Shown in pieces: positions 1 through 11,214 of a stretch of DNA of 22,056 nucleotides; positions within the stretch are counted from its first letter, which is position 1; the number at the start of each line of letters is the position of its first letter. The position numbers were made by a program, and so were the translations under genes. This DNA comes from Priapulus caudatus (lineage: Eukaryota), in assembly GCF_000485595.1 (NCBI RefSeq), contig NW_014577092.1:253952-276007 (forward strand), given 5' to 3'. The notes under the pieces were generated by a model that was not told where the DNA came from, ran no database searches, and saw only the letters and a program-made list of their open reading frames with translations.

Positions 1-65
1 ACGTGGTCGTACATGTTGCTGTTCACTTGTTATTGCTGCGCTACACTCAAGGCGCTCTTGGCTAT

Positions 66-1360
66 GTCGAATACGTATCGCTAAACAAAAACTGTATACC
101 ATATTCGATATTGCCGTACACAGAACAGGGTGACCATTTAACATACAAGGCGCTCTAGAGTTTGTCCACGCGCGACGTGCCTAAACAAAAGGTGGTGTGT
201 GGTGTGGGTGTGTGCTTCGCATGCGACAAGGCTTGCTTATGTACAGAACCGGGCCGGAATTACCATTAGGCATGGTTTGTCGAGCTCTGAATGCGTGCAG
301 CATCAACGCTGAATGCGCACGCGAGCCAAAATCTTTCACTGGCATTCTACGCCAATTTATCGCGCGCCAATTTAGCGGCGAGCCCGGCAATGTTTTGTCC
401 GGATAAAGAAGAGACTGTTACGACTCAACACGATATTGCACTTAAGCGCAACAAAGATGTGATTCGAAGGAGGAGCGACTGAATAGACCCGTGTGCCCCC
501 GGTCTGATTTCGTGCTTATCTCTCGCTGCCTCCATACTTAACAACAACTTTGCCTGTCGAAACACGTTAACGTTTGTACATATTCTCCAGTGTTTTTGCC
601 GAATGGCCCAGACTAGAAGATCTAAGACTCTCATTTCACAAAATAAATGCCGTATACATCGACCCTCGCCGCGTGTTGACGCGCGAGTTTCTTTTAAGAA
701 AACTGACCGCGTGGCAGTTTCACCTGTTATCTATAGGCCCCTACCAGAGAAAATGCTTATTTAGCATGTCAATCCTTTGATGTACAAGATGCATTGAGAT
801 ATTATTTCAGTGGAAAACGACCATTGTTCGGAAATTCGCTATGACAAAGTCTAACAATTTATAATTCGACATATTACAGGCTAACATAACGTTTAGTTAG
901 CAGAACACTTTCTATCGCAACCGATTGTTCTATATCATTCACTATGTATAGCACGCAGCAATACACTCCTCAGTAGACATTAATTTAACATTGAAAGAAG
1001 TTCACTTTAATAAGTAGAGTAGAACATCAGAAAACACCCTAAGTAAATTAGGCTACACCGATTCGTGACGTTCCTTTTATGTTTGACATTTGCTACTATC
1101 ATCTATTTTCCTGCAGTGCGGCATAATCCTTTGTAGTGCCGATCCACGTATGCAGTGATAAATTTATGCAGTGATAAATGAATATAGTGATGAATGTATG
1201 TATTGATAAATGTATATAGTGGCAAATTCATAAATTATAGTGATAAATGTATATAGTGACGCAGATCATGACAAGAATGATCGTGTATTAATTGTGCGCA
1301 TGCCCGTACCATAAACATAAGATCGGAATTCGAGCTATGCTGCCATCCTCGTTTTACAAC
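66..1360 (+). pseudogene. Degenerate LRR + LRRCT coding relic (extracellular LRR protein type), frameshifted with stops
   Basis: Manual translation across frames gives successive fragments fitting LxxLxLxxNxL/IxxLPxxxF: VEYVSLNKNCIPYSILPYT (66-122), ELPLGM/FVEL (257-287), YANLSRANLAASP (348-386), ILHLS/NK (433-455), SLAASILNNN (519-548), VFAEWPRLEDLRLSFHKINAVYIDP (592-666), IRDVPFMFD (1061-1087). These are followed by LSSIFLQ/HNPL*C/DPRMQ* (1096-1158, resembling the LRRCT start NPxxCDCxxxW) and INCA/PYHKHKIGIRAMLPSSFYN (1287-1360, resembling CxxP..). Recognised by eye only; the 5' boundary is uncertain. Confidence 0.55.
1149..1260. repeat. 16-bp minisatellite, ~6-7 diverged copies, consensus TATRYAGTGATAAATG
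   Basis: tatgcagtgataaatt / tatgcagtgataaatg / aatatagtgatgaatg / tatgtattgataaatg / tatatagtggcaaatt ... tatagtgataaatg / tatatagtgac. Confidence 0.85.
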
Positions 1361-1434
1361 ACGTTACCCTCTCCGTATGCGAACTGATACGCACCATTGT
1401 GCTATAGATGCGAAGAATCTGACAGATGACCTAC

Positions 1435-1509
1435 CTGAGACTTGGGACATAGCAGGTCTATCTCCAACAGCATACTCTTGCGCTTCTCCATGTTAACTAG
1501 AACCGGCAC
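1435..1509 (-). CDS. Candidate internal coding exon (75 nt, phase 0-0), VPVLVNMEKRKSMLLEIDLLCPKSQ; product unknown
   Basis: Minus strand reads ttctcac...ggtctttgtataatattgcAG|GTGCCG...TCTCAG|GTAGGT, giving a branch-point-like motif, acceptor and donor. Length is a multiple of 3 and only one frame is open. No protein family recognised. Confidence 0.5.
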
Positions 1510-2133
1510 CTGCAATATTATACAAAGACCACACAACGTGAGAACCTACATCTGATACAATTCATCAACGCGGCCATTGATTAACAACAAAGGTATCTCG
1601 ATGTTAAAACACAAACCTTACTACAATACATGCCTTTACACGCAGATAATTTGTCACGTAAGCAATCCTTACATTGTTAGTATAGTTGTTTCTCTCAATT
1701 GTGTTACAAGGCTGACACAGCGACAAACAATATGATAGCCACTCCCATGTGACTAAAATCGTACGGACTTAAATATATGATTAAATAAAAAATATAGTAA
1801 AGCATTAGTAAAAGTATAGCATTAAAGTAAAATACGATTCGAGTAGAATGAGAAATCGGTTCCGATATGCAATGTTCGCGCAAATATTCGAAAGCAAAAC
1901 TTTGCGGCGGCAGCGGCGAAGGCTAATATCTCTCATTAAGCCTCGTACAAATGCCTGCCACGTGTCTAATTATCGAAGAATCCCCACCGAGCCGACTATA
2001 GCAAGGCTCAGCTAAGCTGCTCTTCGGCGGCTAAACCCCGACGGAATTCTGCCATGTCCAGACCGGCCATAAGGGATGCACATGCGCGCGTAGAGAAGCC
2101 CTGCTGAACTCAGCTTAACCGGAGCCTGGAGTG

Positions 2134-2246
2134 AGGAGAGAGATAAGGGAGAGGAAAGGAAAGAGGGAGGGAGAGAGGGAAAGATAAGAGGGAGGGAAGG
2201 AAGGATGGAAAGAAAGAGAGAAAGATAAGGGGAGGGAAGGAAGGAT

Positions 2247-2294
<48 letters not shown>

Positions 2295-2460
2295 GGGGGA
2301 GGAAAGGAAGGATGGAAAGAGAGAGAGAGAGATAGGGGGGAGGAAAGGAAGAATGGAAAGAGAGAGAAAGATAAGGGGATGGAAGGACGGAGGAAGAAAA
2401 GGAGAGATAGAGCGGGAATGAGAGATAGTGAACGAGAGAGAGAGAGAGGGTGATGGAGAA
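2134..2460. repeat. Polypurine compound repeat: ~40-bp unit GATAAGGGGAGGAAAGGAAGGATGGAAAG(AG)n, ~6 copies, with a (GA)n core
   Basis: The unit recurs near 2141, 2183, 2224, 2291, 2330 and 2370; pure (AG)n at 2251-2291. Confidence 0.85.
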
Positions 2461-3515
2461 AACGAGCACAAGAGGGGGTTTATTTCGTCATGTCATTCAA
2501 TGGAACACGATAATTTTTTAAATGAAGCAATATACTTCTATAGGGTCGCTCCTAATGGTATATGGGGGAGCCGCGAGTACGCGCTAAGATGTCATTGCTT
2601 TGGATTTTCCCGCTCATTAGTTTTCCCTTGTCACATCTTGCTAGATTATGTTCAAAAGTCATTACATTATTGCATAATTATGCATAATAATCGATATTCT
2701 TCGGCTGGATAACATCAATATTATAGCAATTATCTTTTGTGCCATAGGAAATTTAATTTGCAAATGACAAGACGAAAATGGAGATTAGATGATCTTTCTA
2801 CGATAAAAGTTAATGGCGTAAAAATTGAAATAGTTTTATTATCATTATCGAAATTTATTCATGTCAAATCTTTGAATTGATCCATCGTAATGCAGAGCGC
2901 ATCGAGCGGGTACGCAACCGAACACGCCAATATACGCTCAATTTTGAGGGTTTACGGACTCTCTCCGGCGCTGCGCGAGTTCGCGTTCAAGGGAAACGAA
3001 GTCCAACTGCGAGAATCTGCTGATATGAGAGCCAGTTCACATCATGCACCCGTCACGTCATCGCGTGAGGTAATTTCCGTGGCTTCTCCGTATAGCACAT
3101 ATGTTTGGTTGTGCGGAAGGCGTCTGTACGCAAGGTGACATCGTGAAGGACGGAGAGAGGAAACACTGCACACCAGAGAAAACAAGAGGCGAGTGAGAAC
3201 GTGTTAGCGGTTGGTAAAGGAAAGCACACCGGAAAATAACGAAGATCCTGTGTTACCGACATGTCATGTAAGCGACTACATCGAATACGCCATGCACATT
3301 TCGCTTAGGTATGGTGTATACGACATGCTCTTTTTGATTCAGGTATAATATGGTGTACGACACACGAGCGCATCTAGTAGTTCTATGACACATGGCGCGT
3401 GTGTACCGTAATTCTTCACCTGCATTCGTGCGATACATGACTACCGATACTTATGAGGTAACATGAAAGTTATCAGTGGTGCGCAGGATACACAGACTTC
3501 CACGGGTATGCAACG

Positions 3516-3560
3516 CTACGGTATAAAAGTCTACGGTATAAAATAACACGGTATAATCAG
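3516..3560. repeat. 15-bp tandem repeat x3 (core ACGGTATAA)
   Basis: ctacggtataaaagt / ctacggtataaaata / acacggtataatcag. Confidence 0.7.
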
Positions 3561-4219
3561 ACAATGGCTTCTAACAGAGAGCGGGAATAACCGACGTGTA
3601 TTCGCGCTGGATGCATGCAGAGTTTAATTGTACGATGCCCGTGAGGAACCGGAAAACTGCGTCTCTCGGGCGTTTTACGCTTGCGCCCGCGCTGTACGTG
3701 ACAAATATATACAGGGTTAACCTCCCAGTAGGTGTCCGCTCGCCGCGCTCTTCCTCTATTTACGATGACAAGCTGACTTCTGCGATGTGACTTCGCGTGT
3801 ATCTGGAGGAAGGCATTCAGCTTCCGACATCCTGCTAATGCACGCTTTTAACACTTTTTTTTCTTTTCAAATCCCAAAACCCGAAAGCGTTTTTTTCGCC
3901 CGGAAATTTATGCTCGGCAGATGTACGCAATCGCACGCGCGCGCATGCACGAGCGAGTGCATAAACTAACTAACTAACTAACTCATCATCGAGGAGTGGC
4001 GCTGCTGCTTCAGCTGCTGCTGGCTCACTCTCGCGGATATCCCTGCATTTCATAATTTATATTTAGCCAGGCTTAATTTGAGCGGAATGTTGTCAGCGCC
4101 CGTGTCTGCGCCGCGTACGGCGACGACGGCAGAGAGATTTTGGGGCTCGGCAGGGATGAAGTCGACGCAATATGAAATCATTAGCACATCGTGCGCATTT
4201 CGACAGCGTGATTGTTACA

Positions 4220-4410
4220 CGTGAGTGCGTGCGCGCGTGTTTTTACGTGTGTGCGTGTGTGCGTGTGTGCGTGTGGGCGTGTGTGAGTGGATGCGTGTGT
4301 GGGCGTGAGCTTGTCTGTGTGTGTGTATGTATGAGTGAGTTTTGTGCGTGTGTGCGCGCATACGTGGTTGTCCGAGTGTATGCCACTGTCTATGCCTCTG
4401 TGTGTGTTTT
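4220..4410. repeat. Imperfect (GT)n/(GCGT)n microsatellite
   Basis: Directly visible. Confidence 0.85.
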
Positions 4411-4904
4411 GGGGGAGGGGGTAATTAGTGTAAATTGTTAGCGACTACGGATCACTTCTCATACGTAACTACTCCATAACACGCCACGACACTTAGTCGT
4501 TCACCGACTCACTGAATTTCATATACGGACAGAGAACAACCCCCATCATTCTCAATTGCGCTGGCGTTGCTATTACGATTATAGTTATCGCGTTATATGT
4601 TCATTCAGCGCTTGGCAACTGCTCTTACGCATTCTACGCATGTGACCTAGGGCAAACCTATCTACTATCTATCCATGCTACGTCGCCTATCGGGTGCGTA
4701 ATAGGGCAGCCGCGAACCCACCGCAACCCATCGGAGCCCAATATAACATTGAGGGCCCTGCCGATCGCTCGCTGCAGATAGCAAAGTCATACACGTGTTT
4801 TACTAACAATTTTGCTTAAGTAATCTCGCTGAAAGCATTCGCTCGCTTAAATAAGCAGAATTTACATTAGCGGCCGAGTCATTAAACAAAACCCGTTTTT
4901 GCCG

Positions 4905-5032
4905 GGCACGTGCGCGCACGTACGCACGCACGCACGCACTCACGCGCACATACGCGTGCATGGGACACGCGCGCGCACGCACTTACATACACGCTCGGAG
5001 GACAGCGTAGACGCACGCGCTCACGCACACGC
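4905..5032. repeat. Imperfect (GCAC)n microsatellite
   Basis: Directly visible. Confidence 0.75.
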
Positions 5033-5294
5033 AGAAAAAAGATGTTGCCGGTGTACGTAGCTTGCTTGGAGTAAGTAACATATGTGCGAGCTTGGGACGA
5101 GACAGCCAGCCCGTAAGTACAGCGGAGTGGTAGACACGAACCTGAAACCACGGATGCCTCGGGGCTATACACTGATCCTTGCACTCTAGACCACACCACG
5201 GCACAAGTTGATTTGTTTTCGGCATAATTTGTTAAACATGCAGCAAAGCATGTAAATGAAATGATAATACGGGGGCATGTGTGCGCGTGGGCGA

Positions 5295-5525
5295 GCACAC
5301 ACACACACGCACACACACACGCACACAGACTCACACAAAAAACAAAGCCAAACCACAGCAGCCACACACCACACACACACACACACAACACACACACACA
5401 CACACAACACACAACACACACACACACACACATATATATATACACCACGCCAACACACACGCACACACACGCGCGCGCCACACACATACACACACAACAC
5501 ACGCAACGCACGCAAGCACACACGC

Positions 5526-5568
<43 letters not shown>
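5295..5568. repeat. Interrupted (CA)n microsatellite
   Basis: Directly visible; source of the His/Thr- and Cys/Val-rich ORFs. Confidence 0.95.
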
Positions 5569-5569
<1 letters not shown>

Positions 5570-6220
5570 GAGTGTGGAGAATCCGTCCAACAAAAGAATG
5601 ACTACCTTTCGTATAATTTGTTGGATGCGGGGACACACACACACATACACTACGCGTTGGCGATGTAAAGGTCAAGGCTAAGCATTCTATGATAACCGCA
5701 GCCTCCTCCGCCACACGCGTTTTAATTTGAGGTTACATACGGCCAAACGCCATAATATACGCAACAGCGTGCGAATCCTTCGAATTAAGGTCATAGATGG
5801 CGCTTCCATCGGTGCAGCTGTTACGGTGGATATGGTCTACGCAACTCTTACCGCCTGCCGTATGAATGAAGGCACACAGACGGTTCGGAGAGAGTTTGTC
5901 TACATAGAAACCTAACACGAGTTCAAGAGGCAGGGTCACGAGCGGTCACTGTCAGACGGTCAGGAGGGGGTTGGAGTCGGTAGATCGTAGGGCTGGACAC
6001 CATGACAGCGTCCATTATCCGCGTCGCCACCCGACAGATGCTGTACGCAAACACAGCACCCCGCCGTTTCGTATTCACAGAGATTGTTCCATGCTGAAGA
6101 CACGGGGCGCAAACAAACATGTTATATGGGGTCATTATCCTGTCATTGGGGGAAGGGATTGAATTGTCATCATCCTTTTCTTAGGGAAGGAGATCCACTG
6201 GCTTCCTATTTTCACGTATA

Positions 6221-6725
6221 GTGGCAGTGGCAGTGGCAGTGGCAGTGACAGTAGCAGTAGTAGTAGTAGTGGCAGTGGCAGTGGCAGTAGCGCGCAGTGG
6301 AACAGTGGCAGTGCAGCCTAGCAGTGGCTTCGCAGTAGCAGTCGTAGTGGCTAGTGGCTGTATGCAGTAGCAGTGGCGTTGGCACTGGCAAGTTTTTAGC
6401 AGTGGCAGTAGCAGTGGGCGCGTGCAGTTGGCAGTAGAGGGCTTCTTTTTTTGGCTAGTAGCATGCGGCTGGCAGTGCAAGTGACAGTAGCAGTAGCAGT
6501 AGACAGTGGCGGTGCAGTGGCAGTAGCAGCAGCGGTAGCAATATGAATATCAATATAAATAGCTATAACATCAGTAATAACAGCAGCAGTAGTGGCAGTG
6601 GCAGGCTTGTCACCATCGCCATCATCATTATTATCATCTCCTCAAGTAGCAGCAGCCAGCACCTCGTCATAACCATCGTCGTCGTCACCATCGTCGTCAT
6701 CATCATCATCATCATTATCATCATC
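6221..6725. repeat. Compound (GTGGCA)n/(GCAGTA)n repeat followed by (ATC/GTC)n
   Basis: gtggcagtggca..., gtagcagtagca... to ~6600; (cat/cgt)n 6610-6725. Confidence 0.9.
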
Positions 6726-7285
6726 TAGTCATTTGATCGTCGTGTACCTTCAACCATGTTATTCTCGTCGCACAAGACCCACAATATGTGAATTACACTG
6801 CCGAGAAACGCCGCAATAACAACTTATACAAATGACACACAAACAAATATACATCAGCAAGCGCCCACACACCCACACCCCCGCGCGAACAGAAATACTC
6901 GGGCGATTTAAATTATTTAATTAAACATGCAGGAAATCAACCGAGGAAATATTTCGTGATCGATTTCTCCGAATACGCGCGAGTTAGTACGTTTGTATAA
7001 GATGGGCGGGCGGACGAGATAGACGGGCGGGCATTCTTAGGGAGGACGACGCAGTGCGGGACAAACAACTACGTATTGTTATAGCGGTCGACACCACGAG
7101 AGCAGACACTAAGTGTTTGCGCAAAACACTGGACAGACAAAACGTAGTGCAAATCCATGAGATCGACATCGCTTGTACGCCGGATACAATGCACCACACC
7201 TGGACACACCTGCTAAATAATTTAACCCCGCGCATGCACCGATAAAATAATCGTTCGCTAGCCGTGCCACGTACGTACTGGCGCG

Positions 7286-7295
7286 CACACACACA

Positions 7296-7338
<43 letters not shown>

Positions 7339-7370
7339 CCACGCACGCACGTACGCACACATACACAAGC
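7286..7370. repeat. (CA)n microsatellite
   Basis: Directly visible. Confidence 0.9.
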
Positions 7371-7485
7371 ATACGCGTGGGCAAGGAAGCTGACTAGTTC
7401 CCAACCATCCGCCGCGAAGCCGCCTATAAACAGGTTGAGACCACCCCCCGAAGAGACCCTCTGCCCCAAAGAGACCAAACTCTTG

Positions 7486-7640
7486 TCCACGGAAGCTGGA
7501 TTAGACTTCAGCATTTCCGTGAAAGCTAGACAAGACTTAAATCTATCCGTGGACGTCAGATAAGATCATTAAGTCTCCATCCATGGAAAAACTAACTAAG
7601 ACTTCATTCAGACTTTCCATGGTAGTTAGATGAGACCGCG
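7486..7640. repeat. Diverged ~30-36-bp minisatellite, 5 copies, consensus TCCRTGGAAGYTAGAYAAGACTT
   Basis: Units start at 7486, 7516, 7546, 7580 and 7616: tccacggaagctggattagactt, tccgtgaaagctagacaagactt, tccgtggacgtcagataagatc, tccatggaaaaactaactaagactt, tccatggtagttagatgagacc. Confidence 0.7.
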
Positions 7641-7699
7641 TCTTTTCTCGGACAATGCGCGGGATATATACTGCTAGCGACTGATCGATGTTTCCCGAT

Positions 7700-7722
7700 C
7701 TCTCGCTCTCTCTTTATTTCTT

Positions 7723-7767
<45 letters not shown>

Positions 7768-7780
7768 CGCTCCCCTCTCT
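7700..7780. repeat. (CT)n microsatellite
   Basis: Directly visible. Confidence 0.9.
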
Positions 7781-7876
7781 ATACGGTTATTCTGCAGTTC
7801 GAGCTGCGAATGAATGTCATAGGACTAACGATTACCGTACGTATATTATTTATGTGCAGATGCTATCTCATCTAGG

Positions 7877-7877
<1 letters not shown>

Positions 7878-7972
<95 letters not shown>
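7878..7972. repeat. (CA)n microsatellite
   Basis: Near-perfect run. Confidence 0.97.
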
Positions 7973-8646
7973 GGTAACCGTATATGCCAACAAGGCCGGG
8001 CGGACATTTGCCTGCATGCGCAGCAAATCAACTCACCTGAAAATCATTTCTACTAATGGATTCTGTAGCAAAATGGTTTCTGACATGCGCGTGGATTTCA
8101 ACAAGGACAAATAATTATGATTTCAATAATTAAAAGTTTCTCTGTGTCGAGCCCATCAGAAACCATTGTGTTCCATGTCATTCAGTCGCCAACGGACTAT
8201 GAAATTTTAATAAGCACTTCCCGTTGTAATCAATAACGTTGCTATTGTTTGCATGGCGAAGCACTACACTGTGATAAGCGTATTAATAGGCAGGTCTAGG
8301 AGATAAAGTACTCTCCAATAGTATCGTTGAGCCCTATCAAGCGTTTATATACAAGTGTGCAGAAATATTAGGATCTATCGGGTTTAAGTCTGCGCAACGC
8401 ATGCAGCATCCACTCGAGTGAACGCCGGTACATTCGAGGCACCCCGGCACGTGTCAATCAACCGCTAGCGAGACTGAAGAGGAGCGATTACGAAAATTAG
8501 CGTCAGCAGCGGCACACTCGAGCCAATTACTGCGACGCAACGCGCAAACAACTGCGGAACATTATCCAGGACGACTCGACACTGTCGGCGCGGCCACGAG
8601 ATGGCAGTACGGTCTAGCGCGGACGCTGCCTCTTTCATGCCATGCT

Positions 8647-8794
8647 TCTCTCTCTCTCTCTCTCGTCTCTCTCATCTCGTCTCTTTTCTTCTCTTGGGTC
8701 TCATTCTCCTTCTCTCTCTTCTCCTCTCTCTCTGCTCGCTATCGCTCGCTCGCCCGCGCGCGCTCGTCCTCCCTCTCTCTCGCTTCTCGTCGTC

Positions 8795-8845
<51 letters not shown>

Positions 8846-8935
8846 TCTCTATCCCCTCTCCCTGTTCGTATCTCTCTCTCTCTCTCACTCTCTCTTTCTA
8901 TCACCCTTCCTCTTTCTCACCCTGTCTTCACGTCT
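8647..8935. repeat. Degenerate (CT)n tract
   Basis: Directly visible. Confidence 0.9.
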
Positions 8936-9332
8936 CCGTATTGACCTATAAATGTGTGCCTGGGACCGAACACCCGTTTCCTCCGGTGGAATTTTGCACG
9001 GGCAGTTTTCGTTGACTGCGTAAAAAGCGCGCAGCAGTTCACCACACATCGTGGCAGCAACACGACGACACCTGGCGGGGTAACGGTCGTCCAAAAGGTG
9101 GCCGCGATCGTGGAATTTCGGCGCGCGCAAGACAGCGAGCGTTCGACGAAGAATGAATAAAGAGCGCTAATGCCCGGAAAAACGATCAGATTGCCGTATT
9201 TGTTTTGCTAAGCGCCGTGGCCCGACGCGGAAAGACTTCGCCGAGACTGAGCTTAGTTCGGCGCGCTCTGCCGAGATGTTTGTTTTCATGTAAGCAGATG
9301 ACGGCCGGAATGCAGCAGACGCTCACAACCTG

Positions 9333-9503
9333 NNNNNNNNNNNNNNNNNNNNNNNNNNNNNNNNNNNNNNNNNNNNNNNNNNNNNNNNNNNNNNNNNNNN
9401 NNNNNNNNNNNNNNNNNNNNNNNNNNNNNNNNNNNNNNNNNNNNNNNNNNNNNNNNNNNNNNNNNNNNNNNNNNNNNNNNNNNNNNNNNNNNNNNNNNNN
9501 NNN
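9333..9503. other. Assembly gap (171 N)
   Basis: Run of N, flanked on both sides by CGCTCACAACCTG. Confidence 0.99.
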
Positions 9504-9537
9504 CGCTCACAACCTGCCTGCTGCGGCGCTGCAAACG

Positions 9538-9855
<318 letters not shown>

Positions 9856-9957
9856 GCGTGTGCGTGACTGTCTCTGTCTGTCTATATTTATGCGGTAGCT
9901 TGCAACCGGCTACCGAGCCATCACTCTCTCTCGTGCGCGCGCTCTTCCGTTCAATTG

Positions 9958-10068
9958 CTCCTCCACCTCATCCTCATTCTCCTCTTCTTCATCCTCATCC
10001 TCCTCCTCCTCCTCCTCCTCATCATCATCATCATGAACATCCTTCTCCTCCTCCTCCTCCTCCTCCTG

Positions 10069-10119
<51 letters not shown>
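9958..10119. repeat. Compound (TCC)n/(TCA)n trinucleotide repeat
   Basis: Directly visible. Confidence 0.95.
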
Positions 10120-11214
10120 GTGAGCAGCAGCAACACGAAGGAGGAGAAGATGTTTTTTACAGCCGTCTCGCGTGAGCAGCGTCATCTGTTGTGCGCATCA
10201 ATACGATTTATCTGCTCCACACGCCGGGGCAGAAAATAAATTTGCCGCTTTTTTACGACTGTTTAACTGCGTGTTTACATCCATGTTTAAAATGTTTTCA
10301 CTACATCGTAAAAACTTGTGTTCGCGGACGGATCAAGTAGCGCGCACGTTAGTGACGGCAGCGCTGTAGACATCGCGCGTTACCAGCTATTGTTTCATCG
10401 CTAAGAATAACCCGTATCTTCACCTCGGCGCAGCAGAGCGGGCTTCGCCGGGGCCAATATTGATGTTGCTACTCTGCGTGGCGAGGAAACACATGCCAGG
10501 CAGCGATCGTCTGCCATTAAGGGTGGCGAGATCGATCCCGCCTATATCTGTGAATTATCACACTGCTTGTTGCTTCTCGTTTTTTTCGAGATGCTATTCC
10601 TGCATATTTCTAATCTATCGTGTTCACCTTGATTACATGTGTGCATCTTCACGCTCTTCTTTCGATTGTCGTCTATATTTATGCATCGCCACACTACTAG
10701 TGCCGTTGTTACCTACGTCTGCACATATATGATGGATGATGTATTGCATATCATCACACAATCTCTGCCTTTTGTTAGCTATATCTATGAATCTTTATAC
10801 AATTCTTGCTGTCATTGAAACATTACTACTAAACTCTCTGCCTCGTCCTCCCCTTCCTTCGCGTCTTCATCCTTCCTTTGGTAGGTCTCGTCTTACTCAT
10901 CGCACTCCTCTCCCACATCCTCTTTCGCTCCATTACCGTCTCCTTTACCACAGCTGCCTAGTACTTCCCGTGGCTGCTCTCCTGTACATTCAATGATTCC
11001 CTAGATCAACTCGCTAATGGTTCGCCACCCTGGGTAATTTATTGCCTAATGCGTCATCGCTCATAGCTGCTAACATCTCATCGCATAGTGATAGTGATAG
11101 ATCTTCATCACTTCCGATTTCACGTGTAGTTGACGTTGTCTAAATACACGCGGGAGATCTTCCCAGAAATTCTAAACCCGGCGTGTATATGTCTATATGC
11201 TTGCATGCTCAATG

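Noticed and set aside
48..190. Repeated CAAGGCGCTCT and CTAAACAAAA about 100 nt apart
   Set aside because: Too short and diverged to call. It may be an old duplication or retroelement tail and makes the 5' limit of the LRR relic uncertain.
4882..5714. His/Thr- and Cys/Val-rich ORFs
   Set aside because: Products of (CA)n/(TG)n repeats; the same applies at 7.1-8.1, 11.1-11.7, 15.1-15.7 and 21.6-22.0 kb.
5852..5911. Minus-strand 60-nt exon candidate (GFYVDKLSPNRLCAFIHTAG)
   Set aside because: Weaker splice sites, phase 1-1 not directly compatible with the phase-0 exon at 1509, and no recognisable homology.
7486..7640. CRISPR-like array
   Set aside because: Repeats are divergent, the variable parts are only about 7-13 nt, there are no cas genes, and the context is eukaryotic.
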